Shown in pieces: positions 1 to 8,380 of a stretch of DNA of 35,104 bases. Position numbers and translations under genes: made by a program. The notes beneath the pieces are model-generated. The model searched no databases. It saw nothing but the letters and a program-made list of their open reading frames with translations, and was not told the DNA's origin. Positions within the stretch are counted from its first letter, which is position 1; each line of letters opens with the position of its first letter. Origin of the DNA: Candidatus Micrarchaeota archaeon (GTDB lineage Archaea; Micrarchaeota; Micrarchaeia; Anstonellales; Bilamarchaeaceae); NCBI GenBank assembly GCA_040753215.1, contig JBFMEZ010000024.1:1-35104 (forward strand). Direction: 5' to 3'.

Positions 1-1
1 C

Positions 2-124
2 AAAACGATAGGTGATGCCATAACCAAACTTAGAAAAACACTCCAAAAACTTTCGCAAAATTACGGGATAAGTTTTGGGGAGCTAATAGAAATCTGCGTC
101 GACCAAAAATTCGCAAAACTATAG
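2..124 (+). CDS. 3' end of a partial hypothetical ORF (KTIGDAITKLRKTLQKLSQNYGISFGELIEICVDQKFAKL*)
   Basis: Open frame from the window edge to TAG at 122-124; helical-looking peptide; AT-rich. Confidence 0.4.
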   Translation, partial: KTIGDAITKLRKTLQKLSQNYGISFGELIEICVDQKFAKL

Positions 125-175
125 ATAAAGGTTCCTGGTGAGGAAAATTGTATTTTTACGGAGTGAGGAAAAATG

Positions 176-634
176 TTACTTCGTTTTCTGCACCAGCGGG
201 TTGCCGAAAATCAGCAGGAAGACTATGGCTATCGCGACGGCCATGGCGAGCCAGAAAAGGTAGTCCGGGACGCCCGGGACTATGGGGCCGGGCCCTTCTT
301 CCGGAGGGGCGGCAGGCCGTGGCGGGATGAATTCGAATTCCGCCTCGCCGTATTCCCCGGTCGTCTCTTCCAGGGCCGCAAGCTTATACGTGCCGCCCTC
401 CTGCAGGGAGAAGTAGCCGCTGGCAACTCCGTTGAAATTCTGCACGTCCGTCACCGTGAGCTGGGTGCTGTCCTTCTTCAGGACGAGCTGGAGGCGGCCG
501 TTGCTCACGTCCCTCTGCTGCACCGAATACCTTACAGCGGAGGAATCCGGAATCTGGGAAACATAAACGGTTATCTCTGCTGAAACCAGCGAAACGAAAA
601 GCAGCATATGGAGAAGAAAGAAAACCCCCCTCAT
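176..634 (-). CDS. Secreted/membrane-anchored hypothetical protein
   Basis: N-terminal signal peptide (FFLLHMLLFVSLVSA), beta-rich middle, Pro-rich linker, C-terminal TM helix. Confidence 0.75.
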   Translation of the reverse strand: MRGVFFLLHMLLFVSLVSAEITVYVSQIPDSSAVRYSVQQRDVSNGRLQLVLKKDSTQLTVTDVQNFNGVASGYFSLQEGGTYKLAALEETTGEYGEAEFEFIPPRPAAPPEEGPGPIVPGVPDYLFWLAMAVAIAIVFLLIFGNPLVQKTK

Positions 635-876
635 GGAAGGTAATCCGGAGATAAGAAATATAAATGTTCGGATATTCGGAGGTTTCCGGTTTCCCGAAAC
701 TGAAAACTGGAAACGGGCAACTCAAACCATGAAGTCATGGGAAAGCGAGAGGAACGATTGGGTGGCTTCATGGTTTGACTGGAAACTGCTATCTCCTTCT
801 GCGCGTGGGTGTATTCCACGGAAACGCATCCCGCGAAGATGACCAGAGCCGCGAAAACCAGTGCAGTCCATTTCAT
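631..876 (-). CDS. Small lipoprotein carrying an in-frame palindromic element
   Basis: MKWTALVFAALVIFAGC lipobox-type signal; ATGA overlap with the downstream gene; TATA-like sequence upstream (~907-916). Confidence 0.6.
   Translation of the reverse strand: MKWTALVFAALVIFAGCVSVEYTHAQKEIAVSSQTMKPPNRSSRFPMTSWFELPVSSFQFRETGNLRISEHLYFLSPDYLP
681..778. repeat. Heptamer run plus 57-nt CAAACC/GGTTTG inverted-repeat element (related copy)
   Basis: GGTTTCC x2, then GAAACTG AAAACTG GAAACGG GCAACTC; arms 722-737 TCAAACCATGAAGTCA and 763-778 TGGCTTCATGGTTTGA (15/16), 25-nt core. Confidence 0.75.
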
Positions 877-984
877 GTTGCTCACGAAGGAAAAACTGCG
901 GCGGTGTTTATATAAATATGCATTTACACATAAAACCACCTACAACCAAAACATTTAAATATAACCTATTACATATATAGAACC

Positions 985-1764
985 ATGAATAACCACAAAA
1001 TAATGTTCGGTACAGCCGTTGCGGCTGGTGCAGTTGATTCACTGGGCAAAAAAATGAGGCCCAGGCCGGATGTGCGCGGCGAAGGGGCCTACTCCAGCAT
1101 AAGGATAGCCAGGGTGAGGGTTGCCGAGCTTGACGGCACCGAGGTTTCGCAGAATGCGAGGATGGTGATGGACGCGGACGGGAAGCCGAAGAGGCTTGTG
1201 CTCAGGGGGGTGCTTCCGGACGGGGACACCGTGCTGGCGCAGGCAGGAAGGAAGGCCTATCTCCTCACGCTTGCAAAGGTCAGGGGCGGAAAGGGAGACG
1301 AGTTCGATGTGCGCTATTCTCCGGACCGCCTGGAGTGCGGGCTGAATATAGCAAGCGCCATGCAGGTGGGCGGTGAAGTGAGGGAGGACCCGTTCAGCTG
1401 GGCGGACGTTCTGGGCGAGGAAACGCAGGAGCTGAGGAATGCGCTCGAGGGAAAGGCGAGCGCGCTCACGCTGAGGCAGGTTATGGATGCCGTTTTCAGG
1501 TTCAGCGACGGGAGCGAGGTGAAGGGCTCCGTGCTGTTCGGCGGGAATGCAGATGCCGCCCCGGGCTGCATAAAAGTGGGCTGCGGCGGGAAGGTGAAGC
1601 TCGTGGACGCGCTTCGCGTGAAGGGCGCTTTGAATGCGTTCCTCATAAGGGGCGGGATTGAAAATCTCACGGACCTCGGCCCGAAATTCGTAAATGCGGC
1701 GGAGAACCCGCTTGCGTTTTCTGTTGAGATAGACGGCAACAGGTACGCGGGCCTCATCGCCTAG
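985..1764 (+). CDS. Hypothetical protein
   Basis: 259-aa ORF preceded by an AT-rich TATA-like promoter (TTTAAATA ~954-961). Confidence 0.7.
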   Translation: MNNHKIMFGTAVAAGAVDSLGKKMRPRPDVRGEGAYSSIRIARVRVAELDGTEVSQNARMVMDADGKPKRLVLRGVLPDGDTVLAQAGRKAYLLTLAKVRGGKGDEFDVRYSPDRLECGLNIASAMQVGGEVREDPFSWADVLGEETQELRNALEGKASALTLRQVMDAVFRFSDGSEVKGSVLFGGNADAAPGCIKVGCGGKVKLVDALRVKGALNAFLIRGGIENLTDLGPKFVNAAENPLAFSVEIDGNRYAGLIA

Positions 1765-1801
1765 CAATCTCCTTTTATATTTTACCTGCCAATTTTCCCG
1801 C

Positions 1802-2113
1802 ATGAAAGCGGTATTTGCGTTTCCTGCGGGGAAAAAGAAGGACCTTACTGCATTGCTTGAGGCGGACCCTTACGCGCCGGACAGCTTCGCAAGGGCAGGG
1901 TACAAATTAAGGGATGGCGCGAGCCTCGGGGAGAAGGCGGATACTATATATCTATATATCAGTGCGGACGAGGCGTTCATGAAAAAGGCAGGGGAGAAGC
2001 TTAAGCCCCTGATGCGCGGGATGGAGAAGGGAGAGGATGAGCGCGTGCGGAAAAAGATAGAAGAGGAGGAAGAGGCGGCAGAGGGCGGCTTCGGCGCGAT
2101 ATTCGGAGAATAG
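1802..2113 (+). CDS. Small conserved-type archaeal hypothetical protein
   Basis: 103-aa ORF with acidic helix and GFGAIFG terminus; natural codon usage. Confidence 0.75.
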   Translation: MKAVFAFPAGKKKDLTALLEADPYAPDSFARAGYKLRDGASLGEKADTIYLYISADEAFMKKAGEKLKPLMRGMEKGEDERVRKKIEEEEEAAEGGFGAIFGE

Positions 2114-2146
2114 GCGGAACCATGTTCCGCACCAGGGAATGATGCG

Positions 2147-2626
2147 ATGGCTGGGGAAAAGAAAATCCCGAGGGGAATACCTTCTTCCGAATCGTTGTAC
2201 TTCCCTGCGCACAACTCCGATGAGTTCAGGCCCTTCCAGGATTCGAACGAGAGCCAGACAAGGAACCTGTGGCGGATGGAGGACGTCGTCAACATAATCT
2301 TCTCAAGGAAGTTCCAGCCCACCTACTATGAGACCGCAATGAGATTCCTGAATGCGCTCGCCGCAAGAAACCAGATGGACGGGGCGGAGATAGGGAAATT
2401 CGTCTCGGAGAACACCATATCGAAGGCGACATTCTACAACCGCGTGCTGCCGCGGCTCAGGCGCGTGGGCATGATAAAGGTGGAGCGGGAAACCATAGTG
2501 GCGGTGGAGAGCAGGAGGAAATTCCGCCCCATGAGGATAAGCCTCAGCAAGACCTTTGGGAACTGCTTCTACAAAATCGGGGACTCGTGGCTTGCGATTG
2601 TGGACGAGGCGAGGATGAAAAAATAG
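2147..2626 (+). CDS. Winged-helix DNA-binding hypothetical protein
   Basis: ISKATFYNRVLPRLRRVGMIK HTH/wing-like pattern. Confidence 0.7.
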   Translation: MAGEKKIPRGIPSSESLYFPAHNSDEFRPFQDSNESQTRNLWRMEDVVNIIFSRKFQPTYYETAMRFLNALAARNQMDGAEIGKFVSENTISKATFYNRVLPRLRRVGMIKVERETIVAVESRRKFRPMRISLSKTFGNCFYKIGDSWLAIVDEARMKK

Positions 2627-4288
2627 CTATTTCTTTTTCTTCTCCTTCCCCTTGGTGAGCACCTCGAAAAGCCCCTTCCTCTCCTTCGCCTTCTCCTCAA
2701 TCACCGCGGCCTTCTGCTCGACGCTTCTCCTGGCCGCGGAAGTGTCGAAAGAGGATGAAGCGGCCTTCCTCCTGCTCGCCTCCATGAGCTGCGTGCTCTC
2801 CGCGAGGAGCTGCCTTATGCGCGCCTTCGCATCCGCAATCCTCTCCTCCAGCCCGGCATCCTGCAGCTCGAGCCCGCGCAGCCTGTCGCGGTATTTCTCT
2901 TCGGCCCTTGAGAGCTCCTCAAGGTACTTCTTCACGTACTCCAGCTCCGCCGCCTTCATGAGCTCGGATATCTCCTGCTGGTTCTGGGCAACGTAAGACT
3001 CGAGGTCGGATATCTTCTTTGAGTAGTCCCTGCTGTATTCCCTGAACCAGCCCTCCACCTTCTCGATCTCATCCAGGTCGTGCCTCAGCTCCTCAAGCGT
3101 CCTCACCTTCCTGTCTAGGCCTGCCTGTATCGTGTCTATCCTCTCCGCGAGGAGCGTGCGCGCATCCACAACCTCGCCCAGCGCGTCCTCGAGCTCTTCG
3201 GTCTTCTTCTTCGCCTCCTCCATCTGCCTCCTGTTCTCCTCTATCGCGTTCCTTATGCCCTCCTCGTTGGACTGTATGGAGCCGAGCAGCTCCTTGAGCT
3301 CGAACATCTTGGCGCGCTCGCGCATCGCCTCGTCCTCTCCGCGGGAAATCTGCTCTCCCAGCTCCTCGGCCGCCTCCTGGAGCGTGCCCGCCCTCTCCTC
3401 GATCTGGCCCTTTGTGCGCGAGAGTATGGAGTGCGCCTTGCCCTCCACCTGCCGGACCGCCTGCTGGAGCTTCTCCAGCTCCTCCACCTGCTCCGGCAGG
3501 CCCGCGACCTTTTCCTTCGCCTCCATTATCCTCTTTTCCTTCTCAAGGATTGCGAGCTGGATGCTCTCAAGGCTGGATTCGAACTCCTTCTCCAGCGGGA
3601 GGTAGCCCTCCCTGTAAAGCCTCTCCTTCTCCGCCTCGAGGTCCTTCAGCTCCTTCTTGCTCTTCCTTATAAGCTCGAGATATTCGTCAAGCCTTTCCCT
3701 GAGGCTCTCCGCCTCCACGGGCGGCAGCTCCAGGAATCCGCTCTTCTTCAGTTCCGCCGGCCGCGGCGCTTCGCGCGCCTCTTCCTTTCTCTTCGCTCTC
3801 GGCTCCTCCTTCGCGGGCTTCTTCTCTTCTTTCGGCTTTCCTTTGAACAGGAGCTTTTTCGGCTTCTCCTCCCCGTGCCTACGCGGCTCCTCCGGGGCGG
3901 GCGGGGTGAAATCCATATATTCCTCCTCAAGCGGTGCGAGCTCTTCGGTTGTGAATGGCCTGAACTTCTCCTCTTCCTCCTCCTTGCTTTCCACAACCAG
4001 CGGGGGCCGGGCCTTCTCCGCCCTCGCCTCAGCCGGTGCCTCCTTCCTCCTCTCGGGCCTCGGGGCCGCCTCGCCCGCCCACACCGCATAAATCTTGGTC
4101 AGGCTGTGCTCTATCTTTATGAGCCCCTCGTCCTCAAGGATGTGGAGCCATTTCTCCACTTCCTTTGGGTTCATCTTCAGCTCCCTTGCAAGCCTGCCCA
4201 GCTCGACCTTCCTGTGGGTGGCGACAAGGTGCATCAGCCTGTCGATGTCGGTTACTATGAAGAAATTCTCTTCGTCCACTTCTATCAT
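2627..4288 (-). CDS. wHTH-domain long coiled-coil protein
   Basis: N-terminal TDIDRL..LARELKM..VEKWLHILEDEGLI wHTH, charged linker, ~350-aa heptad coiled coil; no Walker motifs. Confidence 0.8.
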   Translation of the reverse strand: MIEVDEENFFIVTDIDRLMHLVATHRKVELGRLARELKMNPKEVEKWLHILEDEGLIKIEHSLTKIYAVWAGEAAPRPERRKEAPAEARAEKARPPLVVESKEEEEEKFRPFTTEELAPLEEEYMDFTPPAPEEPRRHGEEKPKKLLFKGKPKEEKKPAKEEPRAKRKEEAREAPRPAELKKSGFLELPPVEAESLRERLDEYLELIRKSKKELKDLEAEKERLYREGYLPLEKEFESSLESIQLAILEKEKRIMEAKEKVAGLPEQVEELEKLQQAVRQVEGKAHSILSRTKGQIEERAGTLQEAAEELGEQISRGEDEAMRERAKMFELKELLGSIQSNEEGIRNAIEENRRQMEEAKKKTEELEDALGEVVDARTLLAERIDTIQAGLDRKVRTLEELRHDLDEIEKVEGWFREYSRDYSKKISDLESYVAQNQQEISELMKAAELEYVKKYLEELSRAEEKYRDRLRGLELQDAGLEERIADAKARIRQLLAESTQLMEASRRKAASSSFDTSAARRSVEQKAAVIEEKAKERKGLFEVLTKGKEKKKK

Positions 4289-4385
4289 CAGGCCCCTCCT
4301 TTTTTCTCGCTACGCCTCGCCACAAGCTCGGTTCCGCTCTGTTTTCCATCCAGCAAAAAGGAGCCCGAAAACCTCAAGCCCGCCT

Positions 4386-4910
4386 TCATGCTCCTACCTC
4401 GCGTACCACGCGAAACCTGCCCGAAAGCTTCATCGTCGCCTTCCTGAATGCCCTCGCCACAAACTCTTCATTTGCGGCATACGTCGAGACCGTGAACAGC
4501 GCCTGGCCCTTCCCCAGCCTGGCCGCGCGGTCGGTGGGCTTCCCGAAGGACTGCCTCATCCCCTTCTGTATCCTGTCCGCGCCTGCGCCTGCGACCATCT
4601 TGTTTTCCCTCAGCACCTCGTGCGGATAAACGCGCACCAGGAAGAAATAGTTGCCCGCCGCCTTCGACTCGAGCTCCTTGTTCGCGCTCTGCCTCGCGCT
4701 CTCTATCGCGTTGTCCCTGAGTACGACCGGGACGTCGGCAACCAGGCTCGCGGTGTAGTTGAAATCCTGCCTTGGGGCGCCCATCCTGTAAACGTTCAGG
4801 TCCTTGTGCGGCATCGCCTTTATGTAGGATTTCCTCGGCTTGCTCTGCGAGAACCTGGTCCATGACCTTTTCTTCGTAGTCCTTATGCACCTTGCCGGCC
4901 TGAGTCCCAT
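4386..4910 (-). CDS. rpl10e: 50S ribosomal protein uL16 (L10e)
   Basis: MGLRPARC start, RVYPHEVLRENKM, GAGADRIQKGMRQSFGKP signature. Confidence 0.97.
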   Translation of the reverse strand: MGLRPARCIRTTKKRSWTRFSQSKPRKSYIKAMPHKDLNVYRMGAPRQDFNYTASLVADVPVVLRDNAIESARQSANKELESKAAGNYFFLVRVYPHEVLRENKMVAGAGADRIQKGMRQSFGKPTDRAARLGKGQALFTVSTYAANEEFVARAFRKATMKLSGRFRVVREVGA

Positions 4911-4964
4911 GCAATCACGTCTTTGTTTGCCTGCTATCTTTTACCCATTCGTGTTTTTAAAATG

Positions 4965-5849
4965 CTATCCCCGTGCGCCGGTGTTTTCCGCCCTCACCAG
5001 GCGGAGCTCCGGCCTTTTCGGCCCTGCGGCGAATTCGCGCGAGGGGCGCTGAAGGCCCCCGCCACCAATGACCTCCGGGCGTATCCTGCGCCAGAGTTCC
5101 TCCGGGACCGCGCATCTCCCGCCCTCCCTAACCCTCTCATAAAAGCTGCATGCGGCGCGCGCAACCCTCTGCGCCCTGAAGCCCCGGGGCCATTCCTGGC
5201 TGAGTTCACGCAATTCATAGCCGCGGCGGAGCAGCAGGCGTGCCTCGCCGCATCCATCCCTCGCGCCTTTTGCAAGCAGGATGTGCGCAAGCTCCGCGAG
5301 GCGCTTGGGCTGCCCGGGCTCCCCGAAAAGAAGGAGGCGGTGCGTTGCGTATGTGCGTATCTCCTGTGCGGGATGGGCGAGCATCATTCCCAGTTCATGC
5401 AGCGCCGCAGCCGGGTCCGCGAAATAAACCAGCCCGACCATCTCATCTATGCGGTCATCGATATCCGGGCATCTCCTTAGGACATGCGCATCCTTCGCCG
5501 CATTAAGTACGAAGCGGAGGGCAGCAGGAGTCTTAAGCAGGCATGCGGCATCTGCTGTGTAAGCCCTTATGTTGGCGTCCCCATCACGGAAAACCTTTTC
5601 CAGAAACCCGAGTGCGGCTTCTGCCCTTTTCCTGTCGCCCGAGCAGTTCCTGCATACACTGGCTATGGCTGCGATGATGCTGAGCGAATACCTGTCGCTG
5701 AGATGCGCGTCATCAACCACAAGCTTAAGGCATCCAAAAAGCTCCTTCAGGAGCGCGGGATTGCGGCTGTCTTTCAGCGCATTGCCCAGCGCCGCTTCTA
5801 TTCTGGAATGGTCTTCGGTTGCGGCGGAGAGAACAAAATCATTTCTCAT
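4965..5849 (-). CDS. Helical (HEAT-like) hypothetical protein
   Basis: Long ORF with DANIRAYTADA / AQEIRTYATHRL repeat-like helices; start uncertain (5849 or 5864). Confidence 0.55.
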   Translation of the reverse strand: MRNDFVLSAATEDHSRIEAALGNALKDSRNPALLKELFGCLKLVVDDAHLSDRYSLSIIAAIASVCRNCSGDRKRAEAALGFLEKVFRDGDANIRAYTADAACLLKTPAALRFVLNAAKDAHVLRRCPDIDDRIDEMVGLVYFADPAAALHELGMMLAHPAQEIRTYATHRLLLFGEPGQPKRLAELAHILLAKGARDGCGEARLLLRRGYELRELSQEWPRGFRAQRVARAACSFYERVREGGRCAVPEELWRRIRPEVIGGGGLQRPSREFAAGPKRPELRLVRAENTGARG

Positions 5850-5907
5850 ACAGCTAAAATACATGCAAAATGTATAAAAACCATTCCTTTACAGAAATCG
5901 CTACTCT

Positions 5908-6360
5908 CTATCTGTTGAAATAGGCATGGAACTTCTCCGTAAGGAATAAACGTGAGCTCCTCCCCTCCGCTTTCGCGGACACGAAACCCTTTTCTATGAG
6001 CTCCCTCACTTCGTCGTAAATCATCGGGCCGATTTTCCTGCTCATCTCGGACTTGAGTACGCCGTCGTGCGCCGCGATATAGGAAAGGGAACGCAGCGCG
6101 CCGCGGGAAAGCTCGGCCTCCTGGGCAAAGGATTTGACCTTCTCAAGGTAGGAATCCCGCACCCTCATCACATACTTCTCCCCTATCTGGAAAATCTCCA
6201 GCGAGCTTCCCGAATTGTCGTAATCCGCCCTGAGCTCCTCGACCATGGACTTCACGTGGCCGGGGGCGGCGATGCCGGTGAGCCTGCAGAAATCATTCAG
6301 CGAAAGCTCCTTCCCGCTTATGAAGAGGGCGGCCTCTATGAGCTTTTTCTCTTCTGCCAT
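5908..6360 (-). CDS. scpB: SMC-Scp complex subunit ScpB
   Basis: IEAALFISG, ELSRGALRSLSYIA, GRSSRLFLTEKFHAYF motifs; adjacent to scpA. Confidence 0.93.
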   Translation of the reverse strand: MAEEKKLIEAALFISGKELSLNDFCRLTGIAAPGHVKSMVEELRADYDNSGSSLEIFQIGEKYVMRVRDSYLEKVKSFAQEAELSRGALRSLSYIAAHDGVLKSEMSRKIGPMIYDEVRELIEKGFVSAKAEGRSSRLFLTEKFHAYFNR

Positions 6361-6368
6361 GGAAAACC

Positions 6369-7232
6369 CTAATTTACCGGATGCTGTTCGTTCTCTGCTG
6401 TTTGCTGGTTGCCGTTCCCTTCTTTTCCATTCCCATTGGTTTCATGCCCATTAACGTTTATGAAAATCTCCCCGAAAAACCTGTCCTGGCGGAGGCATAC
6501 GCTCTTCCTCTGCGCGAGGTGCAGCAGGGGGGTGAGGGCGGAGACGATGCCTTCTGCGCCACCGCCATTGACGAGGGAAGAGAAAACGATTATGCCTTCG
6601 GAATCCGCGCCCCCCTTCAGCCTCGCGTACATCTTGTCTATCTCGCTCTCCATGTCGTAATTGTCAAGGTCAAGCTCAAGCGTGGGGAGCTGCGCCGCCA
6701 CGTTCTTCGGCCTCTCCCGCGAATCGTATTTTATCACCCGCTCCATCTCCTCCATCAGCTCGTTGAGCGTAATCTGCCTCCTGGGCGGAATCCTGATGGA
6801 GAGGGAGAGCTCGGGCATGGGGTCCGCGGCCTGCTCATCCGGGGCGGGCCCGGCCGGCTGCGGCTCCTCGAAGAAGCGCAGCGCGTTGCTCTTGTACCTG
6901 AGGAGTATTGCGCACGCAAGGATTATGTTCGCGGGGATGTGGAAATCGAACTTCTCCATCCTTTTCACATAGCCGAAGAAGGAATCCGCAACCACCACTA
7001 TGTCTATGTTCCAGGGGTCCAGCTTCTCGCTTATGACGAGCTCTGCCAGAACCTGCTTCCAGCTCGGCTTCGCGACGATGGTCGTTAGGGCGAACCTTGA
7101 CGGCCCAAAGGCCGCAGGTTCACCTACGGCAGAGGGCACAGGCATTTCGGATGCCTTTGGAGGAAGCCCCGGCTCGTCGCCGCGGCGTTCCACGCCGGGG
7201 CTTACGGGCCGTCGAGGTTCGGGGAGGTCCAT
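6369..7232 (-). CDS. scpA: Kleisin ScpA with an element-derived N-terminal extension
   Basis: LDPWNIDIV, AILLRYKS, RRQITLNELMEEME, PLLHLAQ..LRQDRFFGEI kleisin motifs. Confidence 0.92.
   Translation of the reverse strand: MDLPEPRRPVSPGVERRGDEPGLPPKASEMPVPSAVGEPAAFGPSRFALTTIVAKPSWKQVLAELVISEKLDPWNIDIVVVADSFFGYVKRMEKFDFHIPANIILACAILLRYKSNALRFFEEPQPAGPAPDEQAADPMPELSLSIRIPPRRQITLNELMEEMERVIKYDSRERPKNVAAQLPTLELDLDNYDMESEIDKMYARLKGGADSEGIIVFSSLVNGGGAEGIVSALTPLLHLAQRKSVCLRQDRFFGEIFINVNGHETNGNGKEGNGNQQTAENEQHPVN
7090..7221 (-). mobile_element. Diverged 132-nt IS200/IS605-type miniature element, in frame in scpA
   Basis: First 32 nt match 33865-33896 at 26/32; TGCCTTTGGAGGAAGCCCCGGCTC vs TGCCTTTAGAGGAAGCCTCGGCTC; terminal IR 7091-7106/7206-7221 (15/16). 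Confidence 0.85.
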
Positions 7233-7290
7233 ACTAAGAGTATATAAAAGGTTTCGTTTTTATATCCTTTTCGGCAGCGAAGGTGTGGCC

Positions 7291-8379
7291 ATGGAATACG
7301 AAGAGGCAGCTGTTTTTGACGGGGGCGAGCCGCTCTCAAAAGCATTGAATGAAATACTCACGAGCGGGACCATCGCGGTGGTCACGGAGAAGGGGAAATA
7401 CTACGGAATCATAGACGACAGGGAGATGCGGGGCGGCATATCCGATTCCAGCAGGGCGAAATGCATAACCGCCGCGGTGCGCGCGCCGGCGATAGAGGAG
7501 GGGATGGACGCCTACGGGATGATGGGCAGGTTCCTGGCGGGGCACTTCAAGGCGCTGCCGGTGGTGCGGGGAGGAAGGGTCGTCGGGCTGGTGGGGAGGG
7601 CTAAGCTCATGCAGCGGCTGCTGCAGGAAAGGGCCATCCCGAAGATAGGCGTGGATATAATCATGAGCTCACCCATCTACACCGTGGATGCGAACGAGAC
7701 GGTCGGCGTCGCGAAGAGGATTATGAAGGGCGCGGGCGTGCACAGGCTGGCGATAACCGAAAACAGGAAGGTCATCGGGACCGTATCCACGATGGATTTC
7801 TCGCGCGTGCTGCTCAAGCCGAAAGGCAGGGACTTCCTGTTCGTGCGGGACGTGGACGCCGTGGACCAGAAGCAGGTGCGCGAATTCATGCGCGACAGGT
7901 TCGTGAGCGTGGGCAGGGACGAAACGCTGCACGCGGCGGCCGAGAGGATGGCCGCCCACAACGTTTCCGCGGTGCTCGTGATGGAGGGGAGCAAGGCGGT
8001 CGGAGTGGTAACGGCGAGGGACGTGATGAAATTCATAATGGGCCTGCACGCGGAAAGGCCAGAGGTTTTCATAAGCGGGCTGGGCGAGGAGGACGTGCAG
8101 CACTACGACGCCATAAGGAACGCGCTAAGGGCTGCTGTGAGGAAATTCACGGACACCTTCGGCATAAACAGCATCAGCGTGAGGGTGAAGAAGGGCAAGA
8201 CCACCTACCTTGTGGCCACGCACGTGGCGATGGAGCAGGAGACGCTTCCGCTTAGGGTGGAGGCGTTCGACCTAAAGAGCGCGGTGGACGGCACTGCCTC
8301 GGAAATAAAAAGGCTTCTGACCAAAAGGAAAGCATACAGGACGATGAGGAAGCGGCCGTTCTACGCAGAGGAGAGCTGA
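7291..8379 (+). CDS. 4xCBS-domain protein with C-terminal HPF/RaiA-like domain (candidate ribosome hibernation factor)
   Basis: Two CBS pairs (GIIDDRE, ALPVV, HRLAIT, SAVLVM) followed by a VFISGL..SVRVK..AFDLKSAVDGTASEIKRLL tail. Confidence 0.75.
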   Translation: MEYEEAAVFDGGEPLSKALNEILTSGTIAVVTEKGKYYGIIDDREMRGGISDSSRAKCITAAVRAPAIEEGMDAYGMMGRFLAGHFKALPVVRGGRVVGLVGRAKLMQRLLQERAIPKIGVDIIMSSPIYTVDANETVGVAKRIMKGAGVHRLAITENRKVIGTVSTMDFSRVLLKPKGRDFLFVRDVDAVDQKQVREFMRDRFVSVGRDETLHAAAERMAAHNVSAVLVMEGSKAVGVVTARDVMKFIMGLHAERPEVFISGLGEEDVQHYDAIRNALRAAVRKFTDTFGINSISVRVKKGKTTYLVATHVAMEQETLPLRVEAFDLKSAVDGTASEIKRLLTKRKAYRTMRKRPFYAEES

Positions 8380-8380
8380 C

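Noticed and set aside
2627..4288. SMC or Rad50 call for the coiled-coil protein
   Set aside because: No Walker A/B, signature motif, hinge or zinc hook.
6372..6450. ScpA Asn/Gly-rich tail as another copy of the pilin cassette (GGGAATGGAAAAGA resemblance)
   Set aside because: No inverted arms; the similarity is short and low-complexity.
7090..7232. BHB mRNA intron in scpA
   Set aside because: Sequences outside the terminal stem (CUCCC vs CCCUA) cannot form the 4-bp central helix; homology to the IS605-type element explains it better.
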